Assembly (NCBI RefSeq): GCF_000009705.1 | Contig: NC_003272.1 | Coordinates: forward strand, 5,160,001 to 5,192,000 | DNA: 32,000 bases | From: Nostoc sp. PCC 7120 = FACHB-418 | GTDB taxonomy: Bacteria > Cyanobacteriota > Cyanobacteriia > Cyanobacteriales > Nostocaceae | Direction: 5' to 3' | In this document: piece by piece, positions 17,224 to 26,374 of the stretch | Position numbering within the stretch: the first letter of the stretch is position 1 | Layout: each line of letters starts with the position of its first letter | Notes under the pieces: generated by a model | Seen by the model: the letters and a program-made list of their open reading frames with translations, nothing else | What the model was told of the DNA's origin: nothing | The model's database searches: none | Translations under genes and position numbers: made by a program

Positions 17224-17361
17224 TCCAGATTATGACTGATGACATAATCATTAGTAATCCGTACTGCGCGGTTGGCAATATTCATTATGGGGGTGAGATA
17301 TTTGCTTTCTCTAAAACCCCTGGGTAATTGAGCTAACTGAGAAGTTTACCTGGTTACCGAT

Positions 17362-17643
17362 TTATTCATCGGGTTCTATTGTGCTGCTAAGACCGTGATC
17401 TTTGAGGGTTTCGCAGTAAAATTCTGCGTGTTCTTGAGCGCAGGTAATAACTAAGGCTAGCCCATTAGTATGGGCTTCCATCATGATGCTCACAGCTTGA
17501 GGCTGGGTTAGGCTCGGCACGGTGGTGATTAGTACTTGCACCACGTACTCCATAGAGTTGTGGTCGTCGTTATGGAGCAAAACGCGATACCGAGGCGCGA
17601 GCTTGCGGGATGTGGAACGCTTCTCAATGGTTTCGACTGACAC
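17362..17643 (-). CDS. clpS: ATP-dependent Clp protease adaptor ClpS
   Basis: 93 aa. YRVLLHNDDHNSMEYVVQVL followed by AVSIMMEAHTNGLALVITCAQEHAEFY is the classic ClpS core. Confidence 0.9.
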   Translation of the reverse strand: MSVETIEKRSTSRKLAPRYRVLLHNDDHNSMEYVVQVLITTVPSLTQPQAVSIMMEAHTNGLALVITCAQEHAEFYCETLKDHGLSSTIEPDE

Positions 17644-17684
17644 AGCTTTTGCTCTTGGTTTTTGGAGTTACTACAACACAGGCT

Positions 17685-17706
17685 CTGTACAGTGATCACT
17701 ATACAG
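17685..17706. promoter_or_regulatory. 22-bp near-perfect palindrome CTGTACAGTGATCACTATACAG in the clpS upstream/leader region
   Basis: 20 of 22 positions are self-complementary around a GTGATCAC core. It lies 42-63 bp upstream of the clpS start codon. Confidence 0.35.
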
Positions 17707-17903
17707 TTATCTACCCATTTTATAGCATTTTCATCAAAATTCTATGGCACGTAAAATTTTCTTGCCATTATTCGGTCTCGGCAAAATGATATTACCACGA
17801 ATACTGCAATAATTTTACAGTATGTTTTCACCATAATACCCCACTTTCACTTTTAAAATGAAGGAAGAAGAAACCTGCAAATTCATTCTTGCCACTGCCC
17901 TAC

Positions 17904-18272
17904 ATGAATATGGACATAGATGTTAACTTTCAACCAGGACAAATTGTGTCTTTAGAGCATGGCGACAGAAATCTGTATGCAGAAGTGATTCAAGTTGTAC
18001 TTTCCCGCCGATTATGCTGGGTACGTCCTTTACTATTAGTGACTTATACGCCAGAACCAACAATAATAATCGACCTGCGGGATGGCTCTGACTTACTTTG
18101 GCCCATCAACCTATTTCGACACGCATTAGACACAGAAGTAATTGCCGTCCTGAGTCAGATTTTAATCAAAGAACCAAAACCAGAACCAGACTTAGCAGTC
18201 AAGCAGCAACTCCATCAGTTTATTCAACAACTTTGGCAAGCTTATCAAGAAGGTGTGGGGAGTAGGGAGTAA
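17904..18272 (+). CDS. Conserved hypothetical protein
   Basis: The ORF is open from the TTG at 17889; the first ATGs are at 17904 and 17910. No recognisable motif. It is convergent with the aminotransferase gene across a 16-nt gap. Confidence 0.5.
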   Translation: MNMDIDVNFQPGQIVSLEHGDRNLYAEVIQVVLSRRLCWVRPLLLVTYTPEPTIIIDLRDGSDLLWPINLFRHALDTEVIAVLSQILIKEPKPEPDLAVKQQLHQFIQQLWQAYQEGVGSRE

Positions 18273-18288
18273 AGGAAAAAACTAATGA

Positions 18289-19461
18289 CTAAGCATATCG
18301 AATCCCCGCATCCTGCATCCGTTGAATCGCTTCATGTAAACGTTCATCAGAGATAGTGAGGGCAACTCTAAAATAACCTTCGCCTGACGCGCCATAACCA
18401 ACCCCTGGGGGAACGACGATACCACATTTATCTAACAGCAAAGTAGTAAATTCAGTAGAGGTATATCCAGGCGGTACAGGAACCCAAACATAAAGAGTGG
18501 CTTTTGGTGGTTCGATAGGCCATCCTAAAGATTGCAATCCCTTAACGATGATGTCACGGCGACTTTGATAAACTGACATTACAGCTTGTAATTCTACTTC
18601 ATCAGTGGCATAAGCAGCGATCGCTGCTTTTTGAATTGCTTTAAATACTCCAGAATCAACGTTCGTTTTTACTTGACTCAAGCCTTTAATAGCATAGGCA
18701 TTACCAACTGCAAATCCAATCCGCCAGCCTGTCATATTATATGACTTCGATAGACTGTGAAACTCAATGGCAATATCCTTCGCACCTGGAATTTGCAGGA
18801 CACTCGGTGGTTTGTAGCCATCATACGCCATTTCTGAATAAGCATGATCATGGCACAACAAAATACTGTACTGCTGACAAAGAGCTACTAATTCCTCAAA
18901 GAACTCTAATGTTGCTAAAGCCCCAGTAGGGTTGTTTGGATAATTAATCCACAACATTTTTGCTTTACGGGCAACTTCCTCAGGGATTAAATCCAAATCG
19001 GGTAAAAATTTATTTTCTGCTTTCAGAGGCATGGAGAAAGCTTCGCCCCCAGCAAAAATCGTAGAAGTTCTATATACGGGATAACCAGGGTCTGGTATTA
19101 ACGTGTAGTCTCCTGCTTCCACAAAAGCTAAAAAAGTATTGTGTATAGCCTCTTTTGATCCAATAGAAGACACAACTTCAGTGTTGGGGTTTAAATCCAT
19201 CACCCCAAATCGACGTTCCATCCACTCAACAGCTGCTTCTCTAAACTCTTGTGTACCTTCATAAGGTGGATAATTATGGTTAGAAGCGTCGTCAATTGCC
19301 TCACGCATCGCCTGGAGAATATGAGCAGGAGTTGGCTTATCAGGATCACCTACCCCTATATTAATAATGTCAACTCCTTTGGCAATTAGTGCTTCCCGTT
19401 TACGGTTAATTTCAGCAAACAAATAAGGAGGAATTTTTTCTAAACGTTTAGCAAACTGCAT
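18289..19461 (-). CDS. Class I/II PLP-dependent aminotransferase (LL-diaminopimelate-aminotransferase-like / AspC family)
   Basis: 390 aa. The N-terminus has PPYLFAEI...GVGDPDKPTP, an NPNNPTG block is present, and the PLP-lysine motif is SLSKSYNMTGWRIGF. Confidence 0.88.
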   Translation of the reverse strand: MQFAKRLEKIPPYLFAEINRKREALIAKGVDIINIGVGDPDKPTPAHILQAMREAIDDASNHNYPPYEGTQEFREAAVEWMERRFGVMDLNPNTEVVSSIGSKEAIHNTFLAFVEAGDYTLIPDPGYPVYRTSTIFAGGEAFSMPLKAENKFLPDLDLIPEEVARKAKMLWINYPNNPTGALATLEFFEELVALCQQYSILLCHDHAYSEMAYDGYKPPSVLQIPGAKDIAIEFHSLSKSYNMTGWRIGFAVGNAYAIKGLSQVKTNVDSGVFKAIQKAAIAAYATDEVELQAVMSVYQSRRDIIVKGLQSLGWPIEPPKATLYVWVPVPPGYTSTEFTTLLLDKCGIVVPPGVGYGASGEGYFRVALTISDERLHEAIQRMQDAGIRYA

Positions 19462-19676
19462 GGCAACTTGTAACTAATGCAAAAGTGGATGCTCTCTAGC
19501 ACAGTTTACGCCACACTAGGTAAATAAATCACAGCAGCCCTTTGTTTATTCGCTATTAAAATTTGACTGTGATAGCGACTTTTTTTGCTACTAATTACGT
19601 ATTTTTTTTACCTTAGTATTACTAATTATTACGGAATTATTTTTTCAGAGAAAAAACAACAAGGTGATGAGCAGAT

Positions 19677-19898
19677 TTAATATCCTAACCCTAGACTAGG
19701 AACTAACTGAACACGACCAGCATCCATCTCTGCCATCAATAATTCTAGGGCTTCGTAGTCAACGTCAGAGATGTGACCCATAGCAGTCAACTCAACATTA
19801 ATCTCGTTTTCGATCTCTGGAGTCAATTTTTTAATGTCCAGTGCTTTTTCTACCAACTGCCGAATTGCATATCTAGTTTTCATAGGTGTATGAACCAA
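19677..19898 (-). CDS. Small hypothetical protein (73 aa, acidic and helical)
   Basis: ATG ORF (an alternative Met lies 5 codons in). No motif recognised. Coding is plausible from codon usage only. Confidence 0.45.
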   Translation of the reverse strand: MVHTPMKTRYAIRQLVEKALDIKKLTPEIENEINVELTAMGHISDVDYEALELLMAEMDAGRVQLVPSLGLGY

Positions 19899-20356
19899 CT
19901 TTCGGTGATACTAAATTATCCAAGATAAAGTTAAGTATAAAATGTGATCTTGTCATGTCTATTTTAGTGATTTAGATCACACTTAAACTAAGTAGGTATT
20001 TCCTGATTTAACTCACGCTTTGACATGAAGATTTACAACGATTTCATCATTTAAATCGCTACTCAAAATATGGCTCAATAAGTAGTGTTTACGAATAAGT
20101 CAAGCTTCGTAGCACAAATTTTAGTGATTGCTTTCGTTGGGTATCCTTACTATTGTTGATTTTTTTGGAACCCTCATGAAAAAAAAGTATATATGAACAC
20201 ATTTCCCTAGTAAGTTATGACAATCTTTAAACAGACCTGTAACAAACATAAAGATTCAGCAAAGAGAGTTAGGACGTATGGTCGATGCCAAGGCAAAAAG
20301 TTTATGTTCAAATAAATTCAAGCTCCACAATTCAGTAACTCTAATTAGGATTTCAT

Positions 20357-20695
20357 ATGCAAGCAGTACTGAAGTGTCCGAAAATTCAGGTAATCCGTCC
20401 TCATGGCTGCCTGAATGCAACTAATGCTTTGGAATTTGAACAGGAATTAACTAAAACGCTGGCAAAGGAGGACATATCAAGCTTGTGGGTGGATTTAGCA
20501 GATGTTGAATCCTTAGACAGTTCTGGACTGATGGCTTTAGTATCTGCACTGAAAATAGCTCAGAACCTGGGTAAGGGTTTTCAGCTTTACTCTGTTTCCC
20601 CGGCAATCAAGATTATTTTTGAGTTAACCCAACTCAATGAAATTTTTGAAATCTTTGAACACGAAGCAGACTTGGTAGTAAGGCAATTATATTAA
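20357..20695 (+). CDS. STAS-domain protein (anti-sigma-factor antagonist, SpoIIAA-like)
   Basis: 112 aa with a STAS pattern: VIRPHGCLNATNALEFEQEL, and LDSSGLMALV containing the conserved phosphorylatable Ser context. Confidence 0.85.
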   Translation: MQAVLKCPKIQVIRPHGCLNATNALEFEQELTKTLAKEDISSLWVDLADVESLDSSGLMALVSALKIAQNLGKGFQLYSVSPAIKIIFELTQLNEIFEIFEHEADLVVRQLY

Positions 20696-20845
20696 AACAG
20701 TCCATAAATATTAACAAATAACCTGGTTTAGCACTGCTTAGTGTAACGGAGTTCTAAGTTGCTACCCCAAAACCTGTTGAAAGAGCTAATCAATGCTAAT
20801 GTTGGAGGTGAGTAGCTGTAATTAAAGTAGCTCGAAGTTAGCACA

Positions 20846-23485
20846 GTGGCTGTCGCATTTGAAAGTTTAATCACACCGGATATCTTAAAACCAGCGCGTT
20901 ACTTGGGTAACGAACGTCTGGCAGTACACAAACCTTGGAAGACCGCCGTCATACGCTGGGTGTTAACCTACCCGGAAGTCTATGAGGTCGGAGCATCCAA
21001 CTTAGGGCATATCATTCTGTATAACATCTTGAATGCCCAACCAAGACAATTATGCGATCGCGCTTACCTACCAGGGAAAGACTTAGCAGCAAAACTCAGG
21101 GCTACAAATACACCCTTGTTTGCTGTCGAGTCCAAGCGATCGCTAAGTGAATTTGATATTTTAGGTTTTAGTCTTAGTTATGAATTAGGAGCCACCAACA
21201 TTTTGGAAATGTTGGATTTGGCAGGGATTCCTCTTACTTGGCAAGAACGCTCACAAGGCAATTACCCTCTGATTTTTGCTGGTGGACAAACAGCAACATC
21301 AAACCCGGAACCATACGCCGACTTTTTTGACTTTTTCGCCTTAGGAGATGGGGAAGAACTCTTACCCGAAATTGGTTTGGTATTAGAAGAAGGTAAACAA
21401 GCAGGATTGAGTAGAGAAAATCTCCTCCTCGATTTGGCACAAATACCAGGCGTGTACGTGCCGCAATTTTATCAGATGACAGCAGGTGGAGCAGTGGAGC
21501 CTCTACGCCCAGATGTACCAAAACGCGTCTTGCGGCGAGTAGCAACTCCCATACCCGCTTATTCTATTGGGCTAGTACCCTACGTAGAAACCGTACACGA
21601 TCGCTTGACAATAGAAATTCGCCGTGGATGTACTCGTGGCTGTCGCTTTTGTCAGCCGGGAATGCTAACCCGACCGGCTAGGGATGTAGAGCCGGAGAAA
21701 GTAGTGGACGCAATAGAGCAGGGAATGAGGGCAACTGGTTATAATGAATTTTCTTTGTTGTCCCTGAGTTGTTCTGATTATTTGTCCCTACCAGCCGTGG
21801 GGATGGAGATTAAAAATCGGTTAAGAAATGAAAATATTTCCTTGTCTCTCCCCAGTCAACGAGTAGATAGATTTGATGAAAACATTGCCAATATCCTGGG
21901 CGGTACACGGCAAGGCGGACTAACCTTTGCCCCAGAAGCCGGAACCCAAAGAATGCGGGATATTGTCAATAAGGGTTTAACCAACGAAGAATTATTAAGA
22001 GGTGTAAAAACAGCCTGGGAACAAGGCTGGGATAAAATCAAGTTGTATTTCATGATTGGCTTACCGGGAGAAACCGATGCGGATGTTTTCGGGATTGCAG
22101 AAACGGTAAGTTGGCTACAGCGAGAATGTAGGGAAAGAGGCAGAAGACCCCTCAACTTCAACATTACAATTTCTAACTTCACACCCAAACCCCATACGCC
22201 ATTTCAGTGGCACTCTGTGGCGACTGCGGAATTTAAACGCAAACAAGGCCTGTTGCGGCAAGCATTCCGCCAGCTACGAGGAGTAAAGGTAAACTTCACC
22301 GATGTCCGCATTTCAGCAATGGAAGACTTTATCGGTAGAGGTGATCGCTCTTTAGGTAAAGTAGTGCGTAGGGCGTGGGAATTAGGTGCAGGCATGGATT
22401 CCTGGTATGAAGGGCTAGATCAAGCTTTCGCTGCTTGGAGTCAGGCGATCGCCCAAGCCGGTCTAGATTGGAAATACCGCTTAGTAGAGAATGGTGAGTG
22501 GAATCTGTTTTATGCAGACGCTCTGGAAGGTGAAGAAGTAGAGGAAGATGAGGGAAAATCAAATCTCACTCAGTACTCCCTAGACTCTCCCCTCCCCTGG
22601 GATCATATAGATACAGGAATTGACAGAAAGTGGTTGCAAGAGGACTTAAAACGCGCTCTAGAAGCCGCAATTGTTCCAGACTGCTCATTTGAAGGTTGTT
22701 CTCACTGTGGTGTTTGTGGCACTGATTTTGGTCACAACATTGTGATCGAGCCACCGCCAATTCCTGAATTTGCCGGTGAGTTTGTTCCCAACACCACTAA
22801 GTCACAACGACTACGAGTTTGGTTCGGTAAACAAGGTGACATGGCTTTAGTCAGCCATTTGGATCTAATGCGTCTACTAGATCGGGTCATCAGAAGAGCA
22901 AGTCTACCAGTTGCTTATACTGGAGGATTTCATCCCAATCCCCGGATTGTTGCAGCTAGTGCCTTAGCCTTGGGAGCTACTAGCAGTGGTGAAATCGTGG
23001 ATTTCGAATTAACTCAATTAGTAGAAGCAGATGCTTTTGTGCGGAAACTAGTTGATGAACTGCCACCAGATATACCAATCTATCGTGTGGAACAGATAGA
23101 TTTAAAATCCCCATCTGCTAACCAAGTATTAGATAGGGCAGAATATGTAATTACGGTGGCAGCCTCAAGGCAGGTGAATGCTACACAATGGCAAAACTGG
23201 ATCGATATGATTTTGGCAAAAGACGAAGTTTTGTCCGAACAGACAACCAAATCTGGGAAAAGCCATTTAGTAAATCTGCGCTCACGTTTGTTTGAGTTGG
23301 AATTAGTTAAAACCCACGAGAGCGAAATTGAACCTACAGCCGTTTTGCGTTATGTAGGTAGCTGTCGCCCCGACGGTGTACTGTTGCGCCCCGAACAAAC
23401 TCTATCTATGCTAGAAATAGTAGCGAGTAAAGAAGAATTTCATCTTCTACATATCCATCGCAATCAACTAATTTTAGCTGTATAA
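20846..23485 (+). CDS. B12-binding radical SAM protein (TIGR03960-like) fused to a radical-SAM-associated DUF2344/TIGR03936-like domain
   Basis: 879 aa with a GTG start. The CTRGCRFC cluster motif is encoded at 21629-21652. The C-terminal module of about 230 aa has RLRVWFGKQGDMALVSHLDLMRLLDRVIRRASLPVAYTGGFHPNPRI, typical of DUF2344. Confidence 0.88.
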   Translation: MAVAFESLITPDILKPARYLGNERLAVHKPWKTAVIRWVLTYPEVYEVGASNLGHIILYNILNAQPRQLCDRAYLPGKDLAAKLRATNTPLFAVESKRSLSEFDILGFSLSYELGATNILEMLDLAGIPLTWQERSQGNYPLIFAGGQTATSNPEPYADFFDFFALGDGEELLPEIGLVLEEGKQAGLSRENLLLDLAQIPGVYVPQFYQMTAGGAVEPLRPDVPKRVLRRVATPIPAYSIGLVPYVETVHDRLTIEIRRGCTRGCRFCQPGMLTRPARDVEPEKVVDAIEQGMRATGYNEFSLLSLSCSDYLSLPAVGMEIKNRLRNENISLSLPSQRVDRFDENIANILGGTRQGGLTFAPEAGTQRMRDIVNKGLTNEELLRGVKTAWEQGWDKIKLYFMIGLPGETDADVFGIAETVSWLQRECRERGRRPLNFNITISNFTPKPHTPFQWHSVATAEFKRKQGLLRQAFRQLRGVKVNFTDVRISAMEDFIGRGDRSLGKVVRRAWELGAGMDSWYEGLDQAFAAWSQAIAQAGLDWKYRLVENGEWNLFYADALEGEEVEEDEGKSNLTQYSLDSPLPWDHIDTGIDRKWLQEDLKRALEAAIVPDCSFEGCSHCGVCGTDFGHNIVIEPPPIPEFAGEFVPNTTKSQRLRVWFGKQGDMALVSHLDLMRLLDRVIRRASLPVAYTGGFHPNPRIVAASALALGATSSGEIVDFELTQLVEADAFVRKLVDELPPDIPIYRVEQIDLKSPSANQVLDRAEYVITVAASRQVNATQWQNWIDMILAKDEVLSEQTTKSGKSHLVNLRSRLFELELVKTHESEIEPTAVLRYVGSCRPDGVLLRPEQTLSMLEIVASKEEFHLLHIHRNQLILAV

Positions 23486-23825
23486 TCTCTGAAGGGTAAC
23501 TTGCTAGTAGTTACTCTACTGTGGTACATCGTGGGAATTGATTTTTAGCAAGGTTGCGTTAGAATGGGGTGAAGAGAAATTTTCTGGCGCTGCATAGAAG
23601 AAGCTAGTTCACTATTACCCTGATCATCAGGGAGCGAAATTAAAGGTATTAGAGTGAAAATTCTAGGATTTTATCCCAGAGAAACTAAGGCAGATTAAAG
23701 AACTCTCTCTTTATAGCTATCGTGTGAACTAGTGATTAACAGCAGGCTCCGTCGCTTCTCTACCACCATGCTTTTAAAACAACTGCTGAATGCCTAATCC
23801 CTAGATGGTGAAGGTATCACATCAG

Positions 23826-23855
23826 AAATCAACCACGGACGGTTGATTTATTTGC
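23826..23855 (+). terminator. Terminator-like hairpin inside the 555-nt spacer upstream of rne (a terminator of the upstream gene or a leader attenuator)
   Basis: AAATCAACC-ACGGAC-GGTTGATTT (9-bp stem) followed by ATTTGC, 340 nt after the radical SAM stop and 190 nt before the rne ATG. Confidence 0.4.
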
Positions 23856-24040
23856 TTAGACAATATGCAGCCGTTCTGGAATAATCAGGCGTATCGACGC
23901 AATTCCCCAGTCAATAGCTTTTTATTTTGAAGCTCAACTTCACAATTTTTATTACCAGCAGTGTCTTTGGAGGCTGGCAGGGGCGAGAGGGATAACAAAC
24001 CTCCAAGCCTGTTGATACTGCCGATTTTTGAGGAAATTGA

Positions 24041-26104
24041 ATGCCAAAACAAATTATTATCGCGGAGCAGCATCAAATAGCTGCTGTGTTTTCGGAAGAC
24101 CAAATACAAGAACTCGTTGTAGCCACAGGCCATCATCAAATCGGTGACATCTACTTAGGTGTAGTAGAAAATGTATTACCAGGTATTGATGCAGCCTTTG
24201 TCAACATTGGAGACCCAGAACGTAATGGTTTTATTCATGTAACTGACTTAGGCCCTTTACGACTCAAAAGAACAGCAGCAGCAATTACGGAATTATTAGC
24301 ACCACAACAAAAAGTTCTGGTGCAGGTAATGAAAGAGCCAACGGGAACAAAAGGCCCAAGGCTCACAGGTAATATCACTCTGCCTGGACGTTATGTGGTA
24401 CTGATGCCCTATGGTAGGGGTGTAAATTTATCGAGGCGGATTAAGAGTGAGAGTGAACGTAACCGCTTACGGGCATTAGCAATTTTAATTAAACCTGCCG
24501 GCATGGGTTTGCTGGTGCGTACAGAGGCAGAAGGCAAGCCAGAAGAAGCAATCATCGAAGATTTGGAAGTTCTGCAAAAGCAATGGGAAGCCATTCAGCA
24601 AGAAGCCCAGTCTACCCGTGCGCCAGCACTCCTGAATCGGGACGATGACTTTATCCAGCGCGTACTACGTGATATGTATGGCGCGGATGTGAATCGGATT
24701 GTCGTCGATTCCAGTACTGGTTTGAAACGAGTCAAGCAGTACTTGCAGAACTGGAGTGGCGGTCAGACACCCCAAGGATTGCTGATTGACCATCACCGAG
24801 ATCGCTCCCCAATTTTAGAATATTTCCGGATCAATGCCGCAATTCGAGAAGCCCTTAAACCAAGAGTAGACCTTCCTTCTGGCGGCTATATTATTATTGA
24901 ACCAACAGAAGCGTTAACAGTAATAGATGTTAACTCTGGTTCCTTTACGCGATCGGCCACAGCTAGAGAAACCGTTTTGTGGACCAACTGTGAAGCAGCA
25001 ACAGAAATTGCTCGCCAGCTACGTCTGCGGAATATCGCTGGGGTAATCGTCGTTGATTTCATTGATATGGAATCACGTCGTGACCAATTACAAGTTCTTG
25101 AACACTTTAATAAAGCCCTGCGCGCAGACAAAGCTCGTCCGCAAATCGCCCAGCTCACAGAGTTAGGTTTAGTAGAACTGACTCGCAAACGGCAAGGGCA
25201 AAATATTTATGAATTGTTTGGTGATACTTGCCCCGCCTGCGGTGGTTTAGGACATACAGTCCGCTTACCCGGAGAAACGGAGAATCGCTTACCCACTCCA
25301 GCAGCAGAAGTTCCCGAACGTTTTGTATCTCTGCCTACACGAGAGCCTCGTTTACCAACTGCACGCACCACCGAACCACGAGAAACCTACGATGGATTTG
25401 GTGAAGCATTTGAAAACGACTCCGACTTGGGTGCTTTAAATTTAATTAATCATCCTAGCTATCAAGAACTGAACGATAACAATAAACGTCGCGCCCGTAC
25501 CCGTCGCAGTCGGATTGGCATCAATGGTACAAATGGCAAAGATGAACAAAGAATTACTGCCAACCCACTAGCTTTTATCAGTGAGTCAGATTTAGACCTT
25601 GATGGAGATGTAGAATTAAGCGCTCCACCAGAGTTACCCACACCTAACCTGGGCAAATCAGGCTGGATTGAAAGAGCAGAACGGACTAAAGTCATTAAAA
25701 CAGAGCCAGTTAAGCCAGTGGTAGAACCACCGGAGATTAGGACTGTAGAAATGACTCCAGAAGAACAAGATATTTTTGCTCTCATGGGGATTTCTCCGCT
25801 AATTAAATTAGAGCAGGAGGTGAAAAATCCTAAATCCGTCATTATTAACATTGTTCAACCGGGACAAACACCAACTATACCGACTGAAATAACTCCGGAG
25901 CCTGTCGCTAAAGTAACACCAAGTGTTGAAGTGAATACACCAAAGGTAAAGTTGGAATCTAAGTCTGTGTCGGTAGCTGCAACCGAACCCATAAAGTTGA
26001 CAGAAACGATGGAAGAATCTGAAGTGAATGCCGCTAGCACTGCTAACCGTCGTCGTCGTCGTCGTTCTTCCGCGTCCGACTCAGATACGGGGGAGGACAG
26101 TTAA
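24041..26104 (+). CDS. rne: Ribonuclease E (cyanobacterial short form: catalytic N-terminal half plus a disordered Arg-rich C-terminal half)
   Basis: 687 aa. It has an S1 domain (IYLGVVENVLPGIDAAFVNIG), a catalytic core (TVIDVNSG, VVDFIDM), a Zn-link (CPACGG), and a C-terminal NRRRRRRSSA nonapeptide. Confidence 0.95.
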   Translation: MPKQIIIAEQHQIAAVFSEDQIQELVVATGHHQIGDIYLGVVENVLPGIDAAFVNIGDPERNGFIHVTDLGPLRLKRTAAAITELLAPQQKVLVQVMKEPTGTKGPRLTGNITLPGRYVVLMPYGRGVNLSRRIKSESERNRLRALAILIKPAGMGLLVRTEAEGKPEEAIIEDLEVLQKQWEAIQQEAQSTRAPALLNRDDDFIQRVLRDMYGADVNRIVVDSSTGLKRVKQYLQNWSGGQTPQGLLIDHHRDRSPILEYFRINAAIREALKPRVDLPSGGYIIIEPTEALTVIDVNSGSFTRSATARETVLWTNCEAATEIARQLRLRNIAGVIVVDFIDMESRRDQLQVLEHFNKALRADKARPQIAQLTELGLVELTRKRQGQNIYELFGDTCPACGGLGHTVRLPGETENRLPTPAAEVPERFVSLPTREPRLPTARTTEPRETYDGFGEAFENDSDLGALNLINHPSYQELNDNNKRRARTRRSRIGINGTNGKDEQRITANPLAFISESDLDLDGDVELSAPPELPTPNLGKSGWIERAERTKVIKTEPVKPVVEPPEIRTVEMTPEEQDIFALMGISPLIKLEQEVKNPKSVIINIVQPGQTPTIPTEITPEPVAKVTPSVEVNTPKVKLESKSVSVAATEPIKLTETMEESEVNAASTANRRRRRRSSASDSDTGEDS

Positions 26105-26374
26105 GACCAATTCTGCGAAGCAGAGCCACAGATTTAAACTAGAATTTCAGACATTTTTTAGCTGCATATTAGCGCGTCTATCCATAGTGCATTAATAAAC
26201 TATAGAGGTACAGAGCATACGGAGATAGTGAAAGATATTTATGCACCAGATGACAGTAGACGCGCTACTATTTCCTGAGTTCTCTAAGGGAGTACCTGTA
26301 GTGTATTTTTTAGTTTGTTTTCATGGGAAGACACACACCTAACCGTGAGATATTGTGTATTAGTGTAAGCTTTG

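Noticed and set aside
20278-20421. 47-codon ORF overlapping the STAS gene start in another frame
   Set aside because: It is out of frame with a well-supported STAS CDS, has no motif and has weak start context.
21234-22760. Minus-strand ORFs inside the radical SAM/DUF2344 gene
   Set aside because: They are Arg/Leu-rich antisense frames fully nested in a well-supported 879-aa CDS.
24409-26040. Minus-strand ORFs inside rne, plus 23885..24139 overlapping its start
   Set aside because: They are antisense to a confidently identified gene, have low-complexity composition and lack ribosome-binding sites.
26240-26341. 33-codon ORF (MHQMTVDALLFPEF...) in the rne-rnhB spacer
   Set aside because: It is short and has no convincing ribosome-binding site spacing. 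It spans one arm of the 11-bp inverted repeat, so the region is more likely structural RNA or DNA.
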